NCBI GenBank assembly: GCA_035317805.1
Contig: DATHGE010000393.1
Span: forward strand, 1-44,178
DNA length: 44,178 nt
Origin: Flavobacterium sp.
GTDB taxonomy: Bacteria; Bacteroidota; Bacteroidia; Flavobacteriales; Flavobacteriaceae
Direction: 5' to 3'
The notes under the pieces are model-generated. The model was not told the origin of the DNA. It saw nothing but the letters and a program-made list of their open reading frames with translations, and did no database searches. Below are positions 19,769 to 31,583 of this stretch, piece by piece (positions within the stretch are counted from its first letter, which is position 1; the number at the start of each line of letters is the position of its first letter). Position numbers and translations under genes: made by a program.

Positions 19769-20074
19769 ATGAGTCAAAAAATCAGAATAAAATTGAAATC
19801 TTACGATCACATGCTTGTGGACAAGTCTGCTGAGAAGATCGTAAAAACAGTAAAAAGCACCGGAGCGGTTGTAACAGGCCCTATTCCTTTGCCAACTCAC
19901 AAGAAATTGTTTACCGTATTGCGTTCACCGCACGTAAACAAAAAAGCACGTGAGCAGTTCGAAGTAATGTCATACAAAAGATTGATCGACATCTACTCTT
20001 CCTCTTCAAAAACGATTGATGCGTTGATGAAACTGGAATTGCCAAGCGGTGTTGAAGTAGAGATCAAAGTGTGA
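19769..20074 (+). CDS. rpsJ: 30S ribosomal protein S10
   Basis: [25 protein letters not shown]. Confidence 0.99.
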   Translation: MSQKIRIKLKSYDHMLVDKSAEKIVKTVKSTGAVVTGPIPLPTHKKLFTVLRSPHVNKKAREQFEVMSYKRLIDIYSSSSKTIDALMKLELPSGVEVEIKV

Positions 20075-20186
20075 TAAAAGCCTAAGATTTTGGTGTAAAG
20101 TATCGGGATTTTCTTTCCGGTACTTTATACTTATGTCTGAGCGCTAACAAAAATTAGAATTTTTTAATAATCAATAATTAATAATT

Positions 20187-20804
20187 ATGTCTGGGTTAAT
20201 TGGTAGAAAAATCGGCATGACCAGCATCTTCGACGAGAACGGGAAAAATATTCCTTGCACCGTAATCGAAGCTGGACCATGCGTTGTTACCCAAGTCAGA
20301 ACCAAAGGTGTTGACGGGTATGAAGCGTTGCAGCTTGGTTTCGATGACAAAACTGAGAAACATTCCACGCAAGCGGCTATCGGCCACTTCAAGAAAGCGG
20401 GAACTGTTGCTAAGAAAAAAGTCGTTGAATTCCAGGATTTCGCAACAGAACAGAAATTAGGGGACGTTATCGACGTATCTATTTTTGCAGAAGGAGAATT
20501 TGTAGATGTACAAGGTGTATCTAAAGGTAAAGGTTTCCAGGGTGTAGTTAAACGTCACGGTTTTGGTGGTGTTGGACAAGCGACCCACGGACAGCACAAC
20601 CGTTTGAGAGCGCCGGGATCTGTAGGAGCTTCGTCTTATCCTTCACGTGTATTCAAAGGAATGCGCATGGCAGGAAGAATGGGTGGAGATAATGTTAAAG
20701 TACAAAACTTGAAAGTGTTAAAAGTGGTTGCCGACAAGAACCTTATCCTTGTAAAAGGATGTGTTCCGGGACACACTAACGCTTACGTAATCCTTCAGAA
20801 GTAA
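20187..20804 (+). CDS. rplC: 50S ribosomal protein L3
   Basis: [20 protein letters not shown]. Confidence 0.99.
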   Translation: MSGLIGRKIGMTSIFDENGKNIPCTVIEAGPCVVTQVRTKGVDGYEALQLGFDDKTEKHSTQAAIGHFKKAGTVAKKKVVEFQDFATEQKLGDVIDVSIFAEGEFVDVQGVSKGKGFQGVVKRHGFGGVGQATHGQHNRLRAPGSVGASSYPSRVFKGMRMAGRMGGDNVKVQNLKVLKVVADKNLILVKGCVPGHTNAYVILQK

Positions 20805-21433
20805 TGGAAGCAAAAGTATTAGATTTCAACGGAAAAGATACTGGAAGAAAAGTACAGCTTTCTGACGCAGTATTCGGCATAGAGCCAAACAATCACGCGG
20901 TTTATTTGGATGTTAAGCAATATCTTGCCAACCAAAGACAGGGAACGCACAAAGCTAAAGAAAGAGCTGAAGTTGCCGGATCTACCCGTAAGATTAAGAA
21001 ACAAAAAGGTACAGGAACTGCCCGTGCAGGTTCTGCTAAAAACCCATTGTTCAAAGGTGGTGGTACGGTATTCGGACCAAGACCAAGAAGCTACTCGTTC
21101 AAATTGAACAAAAGCCTCAAACGTCTGGCAAGAAAATCAGCCTTGTCTTTGAAAGCAAAAGAATCAAATTTAGTAGTGTTGGCCGACTTCGATTTCGAGA
21201 CTCCGAACACCAAAAATTTCATTAATGTTTTGAAAGCATTGGGATTAGAAAACAAAAAATCTTTATTCGTGTTGGGTGATTCAAATAAAAATGTATATTT
21301 GTCCTCACGCAATTTAAAGGCATCTAGCGTGGTAAGTAACTCAGAATTAAGCACTTACGCGATTTTAAATGCGAATAATTTAGTTCTTTTAGAGAGCTCT
21401 TTAGAAGGAATTGAAGAAAATTTAAGTAAATAA
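20804..21433 (+). CDS. rplD: 50S ribosomal protein L4
   Basis: RQGTH, QKGTGTARAGS. Confidence 0.99.
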   Translation: MEAKVLDFNGKDTGRKVQLSDAVFGIEPNNHAVYLDVKQYLANQRQGTHKAKERAEVAGSTRKIKKQKGTGTARAGSAKNPLFKGGGTVFGPRPRSYSFKLNKSLKRLARKSALSLKAKESNLVVLADFDFETPNTKNFINVLKALGLENKKSLFVLGDSNKNVYLSSRNLKASSVVSNSELSTYAILNANNLVLLESSLEGIEENLSK

Positions 21434-21440
21434 TAGGAAT

Positions 21441-21731
21441 ATGAGCATCATAATTAAGCCTATAGTAACTGAAAAAGTAACCAAACAAAGTGAGGTTCTG
21501 AACCAATTCGGTTTCGTAGTAGACAAGAAAGCAAACAAAGTACAAATTAAGAAAGCTGTTGAAGCTGCTTACGGCGTTACTATTCTTTCTGTAAATACTA
21601 TGAACGTTAGACCGGACAGAAGTACGAAATACACTAAAAGTGGCCTTATCAGTGGAAAGACAAACGCTTACAAGAAAGCGATTGTACAAGTACAAGAAGG
21701 AGAAACAATAGATTTTTACAATAATATCTAA
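21441..21731 (+). CDS. rplW: 50S ribosomal protein L23
   Basis: KPIVTEK, KKAIV; position in the S10 cluster. Confidence 0.98.
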   Translation: MSIIIKPIVTEKVTKQSEVLNQFGFVVDKKANKVQIKKAVEAAYGVTILSVNTMNVRPDRSTKYTKSGLISGKTNAYKKAIVQVQEGETIDFYNNI

Positions 21732-21748
21732 TAAATTTAGGCAGCATT

Positions 21749-22573
21749 ATGTCAGTTAGAAAATTAAAACCTATTACCCCGGGCCAGCGATTTAGAGTTG
21801 TGAATAGTTTTGACGCTATTACAACTGATAAGCCGGAGCGTTCATTGATCGCACCGATAAAAAACTCAGGCGGTAGAAATAGTCAAGGAAAAATGACCAT
21901 GCGTTATACAGGCGGTGGTCACAAACAGAGGTATCGTATTATTGATTTTAAAAGAACTAAAGACGGAATCCCGGCTACAGTGAAATCAATCGAATATGAC
22001 CCGAATCGTACAGCGTTTATCGCGCTTCTGTGGTATGCAGATGGTGAGAAAACGTATGTAATTGCTCAAAACGGATTGCAGGTAGGTCAGAAATTAGTTT
22101 CTGGAGCAGAGGCACAACCGGAAATTGGTAATACTTTACCATTAAGCAAAATTCCATTAGGAACAGTAATCTCTTGTATCGAATTGCGTCCTGGACAAGG
22201 AGCGGTTATCGCTCGTTCTGCAGGTACTTTCGCACAGTTGATGGCAAGGGACGGAAAATATGCTACAATCAAAATGCCTTCAGGAGAAACAAGATTGATC
22301 TTGTTGACCTGTTCTGCAACGATTGGAGCGGTTTCCAATTCTGACCACCAATTGATCGTATCTGGTAAAGCAGGTAGAACAAGATGGTTGGGAAGAAGAC
22401 CTAGAACCAGACCTGTTGCTATGAACCCTGTCGATCACCCAATGGGTGGTGGTGAAGGCCGTTCTTCTGGTGGACACCCACGCTCAAGAAAAGGCATCCC
22501 GGCTAAAGGTTACAGGACACGTTCTAAACAGAACCCGAGTAACAAGTATATTGTAGAACGTAGAAAGAAATAA
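21749..22573 (+). CDS. rplB: 50S ribosomal protein L2
   Basis: [21 protein letters not shown]. Confidence 0.99.
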   Translation: MSVRKLKPITPGQRFRVVNSFDAITTDKPERSLIAPIKNSGGRNSQGKMTMRYTGGGHKQRYRIIDFKRTKDGIPATVKSIEYDPNRTAFIALLWYADGEKTYVIAQNGLQVGQKLVSGAEAQPEIGNTLPLSKIPLGTVISCIELRPGQGAVIARSAGTFAQLMARDGKYATIKMPSGETRLILLTCSATIGAVSNSDHQLIVSGKAGRTRWLGRRPRTRPVAMNPVDHPMGGGEGRSSGGHPRSRKGIPAKGYRTRSKQNPSNKYIVERRKK

Positions 22574-22579
22574 TAAGAT

Positions 22580-22858
22580 ATGGCACGTTCATTAAAAAAA
22601 GGACCTTACGTTCACTATAAATTAGACAAGAAAGTTCAGGACAACATCGCAGGCGGTAACAAAGGAGTAGTGAAGACCTGGTCTCGCGCTTCGATGATTA
22701 CTCCGGATTTTGTCGGACAGACTATCGCAGTTCACAACGGTCGTCAGTTTGTACCGGTTTACGTAACAGAAAACATGGTAGGTCACAAATTAGGAGAGTT
22801 TTCACCAACAAGATCATTCCGTGGTCACGCTGGAGCAAAAAATAAAGGTAAAAAATAA
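22580..22858 (+). CDS. rpsS: 30S ribosomal protein S19
   Basis: [18 protein letters not shown]. Confidence 0.99.
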   Translation: MARSLKKGPYVHYKLDKKVQDNIAGGNKGVVKTWSRASMITPDFVGQTIAVHNGRQFVPVYVTENMVGHKLGEFSPTRSFRGHAGAKNKGKK

Positions 22859-22864
22859 GAAGCA

Positions 22865-23275
22865 ATGGGAGTTCGTAAAAGAGAAAGAGCCGAAGGCATC
22901 AAAGAAGCTAACAAGCAGATTGCTTTCGCAAAGTTGAATAACTGCCCTACTTCACCTAGAAAAATGCGCTTAGTAGCAGACTTGGTAAGAGGACAGAAAG
23001 TGGAAAGAGCACTGAATATCTTAAGATTCAGCTCAAAAGAAGCTTCACGCAAGTTAGAGAAACTGTTATTATCTGCCATCAACAACTGGGAGCAGAAAAA
23101 TGCAGAAGGTAACGTAGCTGAAGCAGGCTTAATCGTTAAAGAAATCCGCGTTGACGGAGGAATGATGCTGAAAAGACTTCGTCCTGCGCCACAAGGTAGA
23201 GCACACAGAATTAGAAAACGTTCGAACCACGTTACAATCGTATTAGGACAATTAGATAACACACAAGCAAATTAA
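22865..23275 (+). CDS. rplV: 50S ribosomal protein L22
   Basis: [23 protein letters not shown]. Confidence 0.99.
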   Translation: MGVRKRERAEGIKEANKQIAFAKLNNCPTSPRKMRLVADLVRGQKVERALNILRFSSKEASRKLEKLLLSAINNWEQKNAEGNVAEAGLIVKEIRVDGGMMLKRLRPAPQGRAHRIRKRSNHVTIVLGQLDNTQAN

Positions 23276-23280
23276 TTAAG

Positions 23281-24054
23281 ATGGGACAAAAGACAAATCC
23301 AATTGGAAACAGACTTGGGATCATCAGAGGTTGGGATTCTAACTGGTATGGTGGAAATGATTACGGTGACAAAATCGCCGAAGATTATAAAATCAGAAAG
23401 TACATCCACGCCCGTTTATCAAAAGCTAGTGTATCAAAAGTAATCATCGAGAGAACTTTGAAACTTGTAACCGTTACTATCACTACTGCAAGACCTGGTA
23501 TCATTATCGGAAAAGGCGGACAAGAGGTAGACAAGTTGAAAGAGGAATTGAAAAAGATTACTGACAAAGAGGTTCAAATCAACATCTTTGAAATCAAAAG
23601 ACCTGAGCTTGATGCTTATCTAGTTGCGACTAGCATTGCCCGTCAGATCGAAAGCCGTATTTCTTACAGAAGAGCTATCAAAATGGCTATTGCTGCTTCC
23701 ATGCGTATGAACGCTGAGGGTATCAAAGTTTTGGTTTCAGGACGTTTGAATGGTGCTGAGATGGCGCGTTCAGAAGGTTTCAAAGAAGGACGTGTTCCTT
23801 TATCAACTTTCAGGGCTGATATCGATTACGCACTTGCTGAAGCGCATACTACTTACGGTAGAATGGGTATCAAAGTGTGGATCATGAAAGGTGAAGTGTA
23901 CGGAAAGAGAGATCTTTCTCCACTAGTCGGAATGGACAAAAAACAATCCGGACAAGGTGGTGGTGGTGATAAGCGCAGTGATTCTCCAAGAGGAGATCGC
24001 AAGCCTTTCAACAAAGACAGGAAACCGGCAGGAGACGCTCGTAAAAGAAAGTAA
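23281..24054 (+). CDS. rpsC: 30S ribosomal protein S3
   Basis: [23 protein letters not shown]; low-complexity C-terminal tail. Confidence 0.99.
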   Translation: MGQKTNPIGNRLGIIRGWDSNWYGGNDYGDKIAEDYKIRKYIHARLSKASVSKVIIERTLKLVTVTITTARPGIIIGKGGQEVDKLKEELKKITDKEVQINIFEIKRPELDAYLVATSIARQIESRISYRRAIKMAIAASMRMNAEGIKVLVSGRLNGAEMARSEGFKEGRVPLSTFRADIDYALAEAHTTYGRMGIKVWIMKGEVYGKRDLSPLVGMDKKQSGQGGGGDKRSDSPRGDRKPFNKDRKPAGDARKRK

Positions 24055-24074
24055 ATTTTTAAATTTAAAGAAAA

Positions 24075-24500
24075 ATGTTACAGCCTAAAAGAACAAAATA
24101 CCGCAAGGTACAAAAAGGTAAAATGAAAGGGAATTCCCAAAGAGGGCATGAACTTTCTAATGGAATGTTCGGAATTAAATCTGTACACGAAGATGGTATG
24201 TTTTTGACTTCCCGCCAAATCGAGGCTGCGCGTATCGCTGCAACCCGTTTTATGAAAAGGGAGGGTCAATTATGGATCAAAATTTTCCCGGATAAGCCTA
24301 TCACCAAAAAACCTCTTGAGGTACGTATGGGTAAAGGTAAAGGAGCTGTCGAATACTGGGCCGCTGTTGTTAAACCAGGAAGAATCATGTTTGAAGTTGG
24401 TGGTGTTCCATTGTCAGTTGCAAAAGAGGCTTTACGTCTTGCAGCTCAGAAACTACCGGTTAAAACGAAGTTCGTCGTTGCTAGAGATTTCGAAGCATAA
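24075..24500 (+). CDS. rplP: 50S ribosomal protein L16
   Basis: [18 protein letters not shown]. Confidence 0.99.
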   Translation: MLQPKRTKYRKVQKGKMKGNSQRGHELSNGMFGIKSVHEDGMFLTSRQIEAARIAATRFMKREGQLWIKIFPDKPITKKPLEVRMGKGKGAVEYWAAVVKPGRIMFEVGGVPLSVAKEALRLAAQKLPVKTKFVVARDFEA

Positions 24501-24512
24501 TTTATATTTATT

Positions 24513-24704
24513 ATGAAACAATCAGAAATAAAAGATCTTTCTGCAGCAGAGTTGCAAGAAAAACTTAGCCAGACTAAGAAAACCTATTCCGATCTAAAAA
24601 TGGCTCACTCCATTTCTCCAATCGAAAATCCTTTGCAGATCAGAACTGTAAGGAGAGACGTTGCGAGACTGGCTACTGAGATCAGCAAAAGAGAATTACA
24701 ATAA
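24513..24704 (+). CDS. rpmC: 50S ribosomal protein L29
   Basis: [15 protein letters not shown]; position. Confidence 0.97.
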   Translation: MKQSEIKDLSAAELQEKLSQTKKTYSDLKMAHSISPIENPLQIRTVRRDVARLATEISKRELQ

Positions 24705-24979
24705 TGGATTCTGCTAAAATGGAAGATAAAAGAAATTTAAGAAAAGAGAGAATTGGTGTGGTAACTTCAAACAAGATGGACAAGTCTATCGTGGTTGCAC
24801 AAGTTACTAAAGTAAAGCACCCGTTATACGGTAAGTTCGTGTTGAAAACTAAAAAGTATCACGCACACGACGAAACAAACGACTGTAACATTGGAGACAC
24901 GGTAAGGATTAGCGAAACGCGTCCTTTGAGCAAAACCAAATGTTGGAGATTAGTTGAAATCATTGAAAGAGCTAAATAA
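24704..24979 (+). CDS. rpsQ: 30S ribosomal protein S17 (alternative start 24719)
   Basis: [20 protein letters not shown]. Confidence 0.97.
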   Translation: MDSAKMEDKRNLRKERIGVVTSNKMDKSIVVAQVTKVKHPLYGKFVLKTKKYHAHDETNDCNIGDTVRISETRPLSKTKCWRLVEIIERAK

Positions 24980-24981
24980 TT

Positions 24982-25350
24982 ATGGTACAACAGGAATCAA
25001 GACTAAAAGTAGCAGATAACACGGGAGCAAAAGAAGTTTTAACTATCCGTGTTTTAGGAGGTACCAAAAGAAGGTATGCCTCTGTTGGAGACAAGATTGT
25101 AGTATCAATTAAAGACGCAACTCCAAACGGAAACGTTAAAAAAGGAGCCGTTTCAACTGCAGTGGTTGTACGTACCAAAAAAGAAGTGAGAAGAGCCGAT
25201 GGTTCTTATATCCGTTTCGACGACAATGCCTGTGTTCTTTTGAACGCGGCTGGCGAAATGAGAGGAACACGTGTTTTTGGTCCGGTAGCGAGAGAACTTC
25301 GTGAAAAACAATTCATGAAAATTGTATCATTAGCACCAGAAGTGCTTTAA
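24982..25350 (+). CDS. rplN: 50S ribosomal protein L14
   Basis: [21 protein letters not shown]. Confidence 0.99.
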
Positions 25351-25361
25351 TTATTTGCAAG

Positions 25362-25676
25362 ATGATAAAGCTAAAAATAAAATCAGGTGATACGGTAAAA
25401 GTTATTGCAGGTGACCATAAAGGCGCTGAAGGTAAAGTTTTACGTGTATACAAAGAGAAGAACAAAGCGATCGTTGAAGGCGTTAACATGGTATCGAAAC
25501 ATACGAAACCAAGTGCTAAAAACCCACAAGGCGGAATCGTTAAGAAAGAAGCTGCGCTGCACATTTCAAACATTTCACTGATTGACCCTAAGTCAAAAAC
25601 AGCGACAAGAGTTGGAACCAGAACAGAAGGAGACAAGAAAGTAAGATTTTCGAAAAAATCTAATACAGTACTATAG
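25362..25676 (+). CDS. rplX: 50S ribosomal protein L24
   Basis: KOW motif [14 protein letters not shown]. Confidence 0.98.
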   Translation: MIKLKIKSGDTVKVIAGDHKGAEGKVLRVYKEKNKAIVEGVNMVSKHTKPSAKNPQGGIVKKEAALHISNISLIDPKSKTATRVGTRTEGDKKVRFSKKSNTVL

Positions 25677-25678
25677 TG

Positions 25679-26230
25679 ATGGAATATACACCTAGACTAA
25701 AACAAGAGTACAGAGACCGTGTTGTTTCTGCTCTTAAAGAAGAATTCGGTTACAAAAACGTAATGCAGGTTCCTAAACTTGAAAAAATCGTTTTGAGTAA
25801 AGGAGTTGGTGCAGCGGTTTCCGATAAGAAACTCATCGACTATGCCGTTGAAGAGTTGAGTAAAATCACTGGACAAAAAGCGATTTCTACAATCTCTAAG
25901 AAAGACGTTGCGTCGTTCAAACTGAGAAAAGGAATGCCGATTGGTGCAAAGGTAACTTTGCGCGGAGAAAGAATGTATGAGTTCCTTGACAGGCTGATCA
26001 CTTCAGCTTTGCCACGTGTTCGTGACTTCAGCGGAATCAAAGCCACCGGTTTTGACGGTCGTGGAAATTACAACCTTGGGGTTCTGGAGCAAATCATCTT
26101 CCCTGAAATCGACATTGATAAAGTGAACAAGATTTCCGGAATGGACATCACGTTCGTGACTTCTGCAGCGACAGACCAGGAAGCAAAATCGTTATTGACT
26201 GAATTGGGTTTACCTTTTAAAAAGAACTAA
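25679..26230 (+). CDS. rplE: 50S ribosomal protein L5
   Basis: [20 protein letters not shown]; ATG at 25679. Confidence 0.98.
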   Translation: MEYTPRLKQEYRDRVVSALKEEFGYKNVMQVPKLEKIVLSKGVGAAVSDKKLIDYAVEELSKITGQKAISTISKKDVASFKLRKGMPIGAKVTLRGERMYEFLDRLITSALPRVRDFSGIKATGFDGRGNYNLGVLEQIIFPEIDIDKVNKISGMDITFVTSAATDQEAKSLLTELGLPFKKN

Positions 26231-26233
26231 GTT

Positions 26234-26503
26234 ATGGCTAAAGAATCAATGAAAGCCCGTGAGGTGAAGAGAGAAAAAACGGTAGCAAAATACGCTGAGA
26301 AAAGAAAAGCTTTGTTAGAAGCTGGAGATTACGTAGGTTTGCAAAAATTACCGAAAAACGCTTCACCGGTTCGTATGCACAATCGTTGCAAACTAACAGG
26401 CAGACCAAGAGGTTATATGCGCCAGTTCGGTATTTCACGTGTCACTTTCCGTGAAATGGCCAACAACGGATTGATTCCGGGTGTAAAGAAAGCCAGCTGG
26501 TAA
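26234..26503 (+). CDS. rpsN: 30S ribosomal protein S14 (89-aa, zinc-ribbon-less form)
   Basis: [19 protein letters not shown]; only one Cys. Confidence 0.98.
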   Translation: MAKESMKAREVKREKTVAKYAEKRKALLEAGDYVGLQKLPKNASPVRMHNRCKLTGRPRGYMRQFGISRVTFREMANNGLIPGVKKASW

Positions 26504-26579
26504 AAATTAAAGATTATTAATTGGTTCCAGGTTCGGGGTAAGAGTTACCGCCGAAAACCGTTACCGCAAATTGTTACAT

Positions 26580-26978
26580 ATGTATACAGATCCAATCGCG
26601 GATTATTTAACAAGGGTTAGAAATGCAGTGGCAGCCAATCACAAAGTGGTTGAAATCCCGGCTTCTAACATGAAGAAAGAAATCACCAAGATTTTATTCG
26701 ACCAGGGATACATCCTGAGTTACAAATTTGAGGACAATGCAGTGCAGGGTTCCATCAAAATCGCTTTGAAGTATGACAAAGATACCAAAGAGCCTGTAAT
26801 CAAAGATATCCAAAGAATTAGTAAACCAGGTTTACGTAAGTATTCAGGTTCTTCTAACATTCCACGTATCCTGAACGGATTGGGAATCGCAATTGTTTCC
26901 ACTTCAAAAGGTTTGATGACCGGAAAACAAGCCAAACAACTCAATGTTGGTGGTGAAGTAATTTGTTACGTATACTAA
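26580..26978 (+). CDS. rpsH: 30S ribosomal protein S8
   Basis: [22 protein letters not shown]; ATG at 26580. Confidence 0.98.
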   Translation: MYTDPIADYLTRVRNAVAANHKVVEIPASNMKKEITKILFDQGYILSYKFEDNAVQGSIKIALKYDKDTKEPVIKDIQRISKPGLRKYSGSSNIPRILNGLGIAIVSTSKGLMTGKQAKQLNVGGEVICYVY

Positions 26979-26991
26979 AAACAGCTAAACG

Positions 26992-27534
26992 ATGTCAAGA
27001 ATAGGAAAAAATCCAGTTGTAGTTCCTGCCGGTGTAACTGTTGAAGTTGCCGACAATGTAATTACAGTAAAAGGGAAATTAGGTCAATTGACGCAGGAAT
27101 ACAGCGATGTAACTGTGACAGTTGAAGATGGTCAGGTTCAGGTTGACAGGTCTTCGGATCACAAAGACCAAAGAGCAAAACACGGATTGTACAGGTCTTT
27201 GATCAACAACATGATCATCGGCGTATCTGAAGGTTTCTCAAAAGAACTTGAATTGGTTGGAGTAGGTTACAGGGCTTCAAACCAGGGTCAGAAATTAGAT
27301 TTAGCTTTAGGTTTTTCACACAATATTGTTTTGGAAGTTGCTTCAGAGGTAAAACTGGAAACGATTTCTGAAAAAGGAAAAAACCCAATCGTTAAATTGA
27401 CTTCTTTCGACAAACAATTGTTGGGTCAGGTAGCTGCGAAAATCAGAGGTTTCCGCAAACCAGAGCCGTACAAAGGAAAAGGAGTGAAATTCGTAGGTGA
27501 AGTATTAAGAAGAAAAGCCGGTAAATCCGCTTAA
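26992..27534 (+). CDS. rplF: 50S ribosomal protein L6
   Basis: [14 protein letters not shown]. Confidence 0.99.
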   Translation: MSRIGKNPVVVPAGVTVEVADNVITVKGKLGQLTQEYSDVTVTVEDGQVQVDRSSDHKDQRAKHGLYRSLINNMIIGVSEGFSKELELVGVGYRASNQGQKLDLALGFSHNIVLEVASEVKLETISEKGKNPIVKLTSFDKQLLGQVAAKIRGFRKPEPYKGKGVKFVGEVLRRKAGKSA

Positions 27535-27545
27535 AAAATAAGATC

Positions 27546-27899
27546 ATGTCATTAACAAAAACTGAGAGAAGACAGAGAATTAAGTTCAGAATCAGAAAAA
27601 TCGTTAGCGGTACTGCTGCTAAACCAAGACTTTCTGTATTCAGAAGTAACAAAGAGATCTACGCGCAGCTTATTGACGATGTGAACGGCGTTACTTTATT
27701 GGCCGCTTCTTCGAGAGAAAAAGCCGTAGACACTAAAGGAACTAACGTAGAAGTTGCAACCGCAGTTGGAAAACTCGTTGCAGAGAAAGCGTTAAAAGCC
27801 GGAATCGAGACAGTAACCTTCGACAGAGGTGGATATTTATACCACGGTCGTATTCAATCATTAGCCGAAGGCGCAAGAGCTGCAGGTTTAAAATTCTAA
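27546..27899 (+). CDS. rplR: 50S ribosomal protein L18
   Basis: [20 protein letters not shown]. Confidence 0.99.
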   Translation: MSLTKTERRQRIKFRIRKIVSGTAAKPRLSVFRSNKEIYAQLIDDVNGVTLLAASSREKAVDTKGTNVEVATAVGKLVAEKALKAGIETVTFDRGGYLYHGRIQSLAEGARAAGLKF

Positions 27900-27906
27900 T
27901 TTTATT

Positions 27907-28428
27907 ATGTCAAAATATAAAAGCGTAGAAGCAGTAAAACCAAGCGGACTCGAATTGAAAGATCGTCTGGTAAGTGTAAATCGTGTAACCAAAGTTACAA
28001 AAGGAGGTCGTGCATTCGGTTTCTCTGCAATTGTAGTGGTAGGTGACGAGAACGGTGTTGTAGGTCACGGTTTAGGGAAATCCAAAGACGTTTCTGAAGC
28101 AATCGCGAAAGCGGTGGAAGATGCTAAGAAAAATCTGGTAAAGATTCCTTTGAGCGGCCAATCTGTTCCACACGAACAAAAAGGTAAATTTGGCGGAGCA
28201 CGTGTATTCTTAATGCCTGCATCTCACGGTACAGGAGTTATTGCCGGTGGAGCTGTTCGTTCAGTTCTTGAGTCGGTTGGAATCCACGACGTATTGTCAA
28301 AATCACAAGGATCATCAAATCCTCATAACGTAGTAAAAGCAACATTCGATGCTTTATTGCAAATGAGAAGCGCTTACACTGTTGCAAAACAACGTGGTGT
28401 TTCTTTAGAGAAAGTATTTAAAGGTTAA
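27907..28428 (+). CDS. rpsE: 30S ribosomal protein S5
   Basis: [18 protein letters not shown]. Confidence 0.99.
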   Translation: MSKYKSVEAVKPSGLELKDRLVSVNRVTKVTKGGRAFGFSAIVVVGDENGVVGHGLGKSKDVSEAIAKAVEDAKKNLVKIPLSGQSVPHEQKGKFGGARVFLMPASHGTGVIAGGAVRSVLESVGIHDVLSKSQGSSNPHNVVKATFDALLQMRSAYTVAKQRGVSLEKVFKG

Positions 28429-28439
28429 TTCAGGAAATT

Positions 28440-28619
28440 ATGGCTAAATTATTAGTAAAACAAGTTAGAAGCAAAATCAACTGTCCATTGACACAAAAAC
28501 GTGGACTTGAAGCTTTAGGTCTCAAAAAAATGGGCCAGGTTGTGGAGCATGAGTCAAATCCTGCAATCCTTGGGATGATAAACAAAGTTAAACACTTAGT
28601 TTCTGTAACGGAAGCTTAA
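28440..28619 (+). CDS. rpmD: 50S ribosomal protein L30 (59 aa, missing from the ORF track)
   Basis: Hand translation [59 protein letters not shown]; lies between rpsE and rplO. Confidence 0.97.
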   Translation: MAKLLVKQVRSKINCPLTQKRGLEALGLKKMGQVVEHESNPAILGMINKVKHLVSVTEA

Positions 28620-28633
28620 TAACAAATACAGTT

Positions 28634-29086
28634 ATGAATTTAAGTAACTTACAACCTAATGAAGGTTCGACACACAATCAGAATAAAAGATTAGGTCGTG
28701 GAGAAGGTTCCGGTAAAGGTGGTACTTCCGCAAGAGGTCACAAAGGAGCGAAATCACGTTCTGGTTATTCTAAAAAGATTGGTTTTGAAGGTGGTCAGAT
28801 GCCGCTTCAAAGACGTGTGCCTAAGTTTGGTTTCACAAACATCAATCGTAAAGAATACGAAGGTGTAAACCTTGATACGCTTCAATTGTTGGTAGACAAT
28901 GGTATCGTAACAGACGCTGTCGATATGACAACTTATGTTATCAACCGTCTGGCTACGAAAAACGAAATCGTTAAGATTTTGGGTCGTGGCGAATTGAAAG
29001 CAAAACTGAAGGTATCCGCTCACAAATTTACTGCAACTGCAAAAGCCGCTATCGAAGCTGCCGGAGGAGAAGCTGTAACACTATAA
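28634..29086 (+). CDS. rplO: 50S ribosomal protein L15
   Basis: GRGEGSGKG, GFEGGQMPL. Confidence 0.99.
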   Translation: MNLSNLQPNEGSTHNQNKRLGRGEGSGKGGTSARGHKGAKSRSGYSKKIGFEGGQMPLQRRVPKFGFTNINRKEYEGVNLDTLQLLVDNGIVTDAVDMTTYVINRLATKNEIVKILGRGELKAKLKVSAHKFTATAKAAIEAAGGEAVTL

Positions 29087-29099
29087 TTTTTCTGATCTT

Positions 29100-30443
29100 A
29101 TGAAGAAATTTATTGAATCATTAGCTAATGTGTGGAAAATAGAAGAACTTAAAAACAGGATTCTATTCACTTTAGGTCTTTTATTGGTTTATCGCTTTGG
29201 TGCGCACGTAACCCTTCCGGGAATCGACGCGACACAATTGCACAGCTTAGCAGGTCAGACTAAAAATGGTATTGGTTCAATCTTGGACATGTTTACAGGT
29301 GGTGCCTTTTCAAAAGCCTCGGTTTTTGCATTGGGAATCATGCCGTACATCTCCGCTTCTATTGTGGTTCAGTTGATGGGAATTGCGATTCCTTATCTTC
29401 AGAAGCTGCAAAAGGACGGCGAAAGCGGCAGAAAGAAAATCAACCAGATTACACGTTGGTTAACCATCGCAATTACATTGGTACAAGGTCCTGGTTATAT
29501 CTATAACCTATACAGAACTTTGCCAGGAAGCGCCTTCTTATTAGGGTTTGATTCTTTTTCATTCTTATTTTCTTCAGTTTTGATCTTGACAACAGGGACG
29601 ATTTTCGCCATGTGGTTGGGAGAGAAAATTACAGATAAGGGAATTGGTAACGGTATCTCACTTTTAATTATGGTTGGTATTCTTGCAAGATTGCCTCAGG
29701 CTTTCATCCAGGAATTTACCTCAACCATTACCAACAATAACGGTGGGCCAATGTTATTGGTTATCGAAGTGATTGTTTGGTTATTGGTAATCATTGCCTG
29801 TGTTCTTTTGGTAATGGCAGTAAGAAAGATTCCGGTACAGTATGCGCGTCGTACAACAACCGGTGATTTCGAACAGGATATGATGGGTGGCAACAGACAA
29901 TGGATTCCTTTAAAGCTCAACGCTTCAGGGGTTATGCCGATTATCTTTGCACAGGCCATCATGTTTATCCCGGCCGCATTGGCAGGCTTGTCTCAATCTG
30001 AGGCTTCCCAGTCGGTTGCCGGTGCATTCAGCAACATGTTCGGGTTCTGGTATAATTTGGTATTCGCTACATTGATTGTCGTGTTTACTTACTTCTATAC
30101 CGCGATTACTGTTCCAACGAACAAAATGGCAGATGATTTGAAAAGAAGCGGTGGCTTTATCCCGGGTGTACGTCCAGGGGTTGAAACTTCCGATTTCTTA
30201 GATCATATCATGTCTTTAATTACTTTCCCAGGCTCATTATTCCTTGCACTGATTGCTGTGTTCCCGGCTATTGTGGTAAGTTTTGGTGTTCAACAATCCT
30301 GGGCGATGTTTTTCGGAGGTACGTCGTTAATTATTATGGTAGGTGTCGCTATCGATACCATCCAACAGATTAACTCTTACCTATTGAACAAACATTACGA
30401 CGGTTTGATGAAAAGCGGTAAAAATAGAAAAGCAGTAGCTTAA
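29100..30443 (+). CDS. secY: Preprotein translocase SecY
   Basis: LGIMPYISASI, GIGNGISL, FIPGVRPG, GGTSLII. Confidence 0.99.
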   Translation: MKKFIESLANVWKIEELKNRILFTLGLLLVYRFGAHVTLPGIDATQLHSLAGQTKNGIGSILDMFTGGAFSKASVFALGIMPYISASIVVQLMGIAIPYLQKLQKDGESGRKKINQITRWLTIAITLVQGPGYIYNLYRTLPGSAFLLGFDSFSFLFSSVLILTTGTIFAMWLGEKITDKGIGNGISLLIMVGILARLPQAFIQEFTSTITNNNGGPMLLVIEVIVWLLVIIACVLLVMAVRKIPVQYARRTTTGDFEQDMMGGNRQWIPLKLNASGVMPIIFAQAIMFIPAALAGLSQSEASQSVAGAFSNMFGFWYNLVFATLIVVFTYFYTAITVPTNKMADDLKRSGGFIPGVRPGVETSDFLDHIMSLITFPGSLFLALIAVFPAIVVSFGVQQSWAMFFGGTSLIIMVGVAIDTIQQINSYLLNKHYDGLMKSGKNRKAVA

Positions 30444-30446
30444 TTT

Positions 30447-30662
30447 ATGGCAAAACAATCAGCAATAGAACAAGACGGGTCAATAATAGAAGCATTGTCT
30501 AATGCAATGTTTCGTGTAGAATTAGAGAACGGACACATCGTAATTGCACACATCTCCGGAAAAATGCGCATGCACTACATTAAGTTGTTGCCAGGCGATA
30601 AAGTGAAACTGGAAATGAGCCCTTACGATTTATCCAAAGCAAGAATTACTTATAGATATTAA
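30447..30662 (+). CDS. infA: Translation initiation factor IF-1
   Basis: [18 protein letters not shown]. Confidence 0.99.
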   Translation: MAKQSAIEQDGSIIEALSNAMFRVELENGHIVIAHISGKMRMHYIKLLPGDKVKLEMSPYDLSKARITYRY

Positions 30663-30672
30663 AAGTATTACA

Positions 30673-30789
30673 ATGAAAGTAAGAGCATCAGTTAAAAAAA
30701 GAAGTGCCGAGTGCAAAATTGTGCGCAGAAAAGGCAGATTATACGTAATCAACAAAAAGAATCCTAGATTTAAACAAAGACAAGGATAG
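30673..30789 (+). CDS. rpmJ: 50S ribosomal protein L36 (38 aa, zinc-ribbon-less; missing from the ORF track)
   Basis: Hand translation [38 protein letters not shown]. Confidence 0.97.
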   Translation: MKVRASVKKRSAECKIVRRKGRLYVINKKNPRFKQRQG

Positions 30790-30791
30790 TT

Positions 30792-31166
30792 ATGGCAAGA
30801 ATAGCAGGGGTAGACATCCCGAAAAACAAAAGAGGAGTTATCGCTTTAACCTACATCTTCGGAGTAGGCAGAAGCAGAGCTGAGGAAGTATTGGCAAAAG
30901 CCAACGTTAGCGAAGATATCAAAGTTCAGGATTGGAATGACGACCAGATCGGAGCAATCCGTGAGGCTGTGTCATTTTACAAAATTGAAGGTGAACTGCG
31001 TTCTGAGATTTCATTGAACATCAAACGTTTGATGGATATCGGATGCTACAGAGGAATCCGTCACAGATCTGGTCTTCCGTTAAGAGGACAAAGGACTAAA
31101 AACAATTCCAGAACAAGAAAAGGTAAACGCAAAACTGTTGCTAACAAGAAAAAAGCAACTAAATAA
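30792..31166 (+). CDS. rpsM: 30S ribosomal protein S13
   Basis: [18 protein letters not shown]. Confidence 0.99.
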   Translation: MARIAGVDIPKNKRGVIALTYIFGVGRSRAEEVLAKANVSEDIKVQDWNDDQIGAIREAVSFYKIEGELRSEISLNIKRLMDIGCYRGIRHRSGLPLRGQRTKNNSRTRKGKRKTVANKKKATK

Positions 31167-31174
31167 TAAGTAAT

Positions 31175-31558
31175 ATGGCTAAAGCAACAACAAAAAAACG
31201 TAAAGTTATCGTTGAATCAACAGGTGAGGCTCATATTAGTGCAACCTTCAACAACATCATCATTTCTTTGACAAACAAAAAAGGTGAAGTTATTTCTTGG
31301 TCTTCAGCAGGTAAAATGGGTTTCAGGGGTTCTAAAAAGAACACACCGTACGCAGCCCAGATGGCAGCAGAAGATTGTAGCAAAGTAGCGTTAGAGGCTG
31401 GACTGAAAAAAGTGAAGGTTTATGTTAAAGGACCAGGAAACGGACGTGAGTCTGCAATCCGTTCGGTACATAACTCCGGAATTGAAGTAACCGAAATCAT
31501 CGACGTTACTCCAATGCCACACAACGGTTGTCGTCCTCCAAAAAGACGTAGAGTTTAA
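31175..31558 (+). CDS. rpsK: 30S ribosomal protein S11
   Basis: [15 protein letters not shown]. Confidence 0.99.
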   Translation: MAKATTKKRKVIVESTGEAHISATFNNIIISLTNKKGEVISWSSAGKMGFRGSKKNTPYAAQMAAEDCSKVALEAGLKKVKVYVKGPGNGRESAIRSVHNSGIEVTEIIDVTPMPHNGCRPPKRRRV

Positions 31559-31583
31559 TTTTATTAATATTTAAGTATAACCC

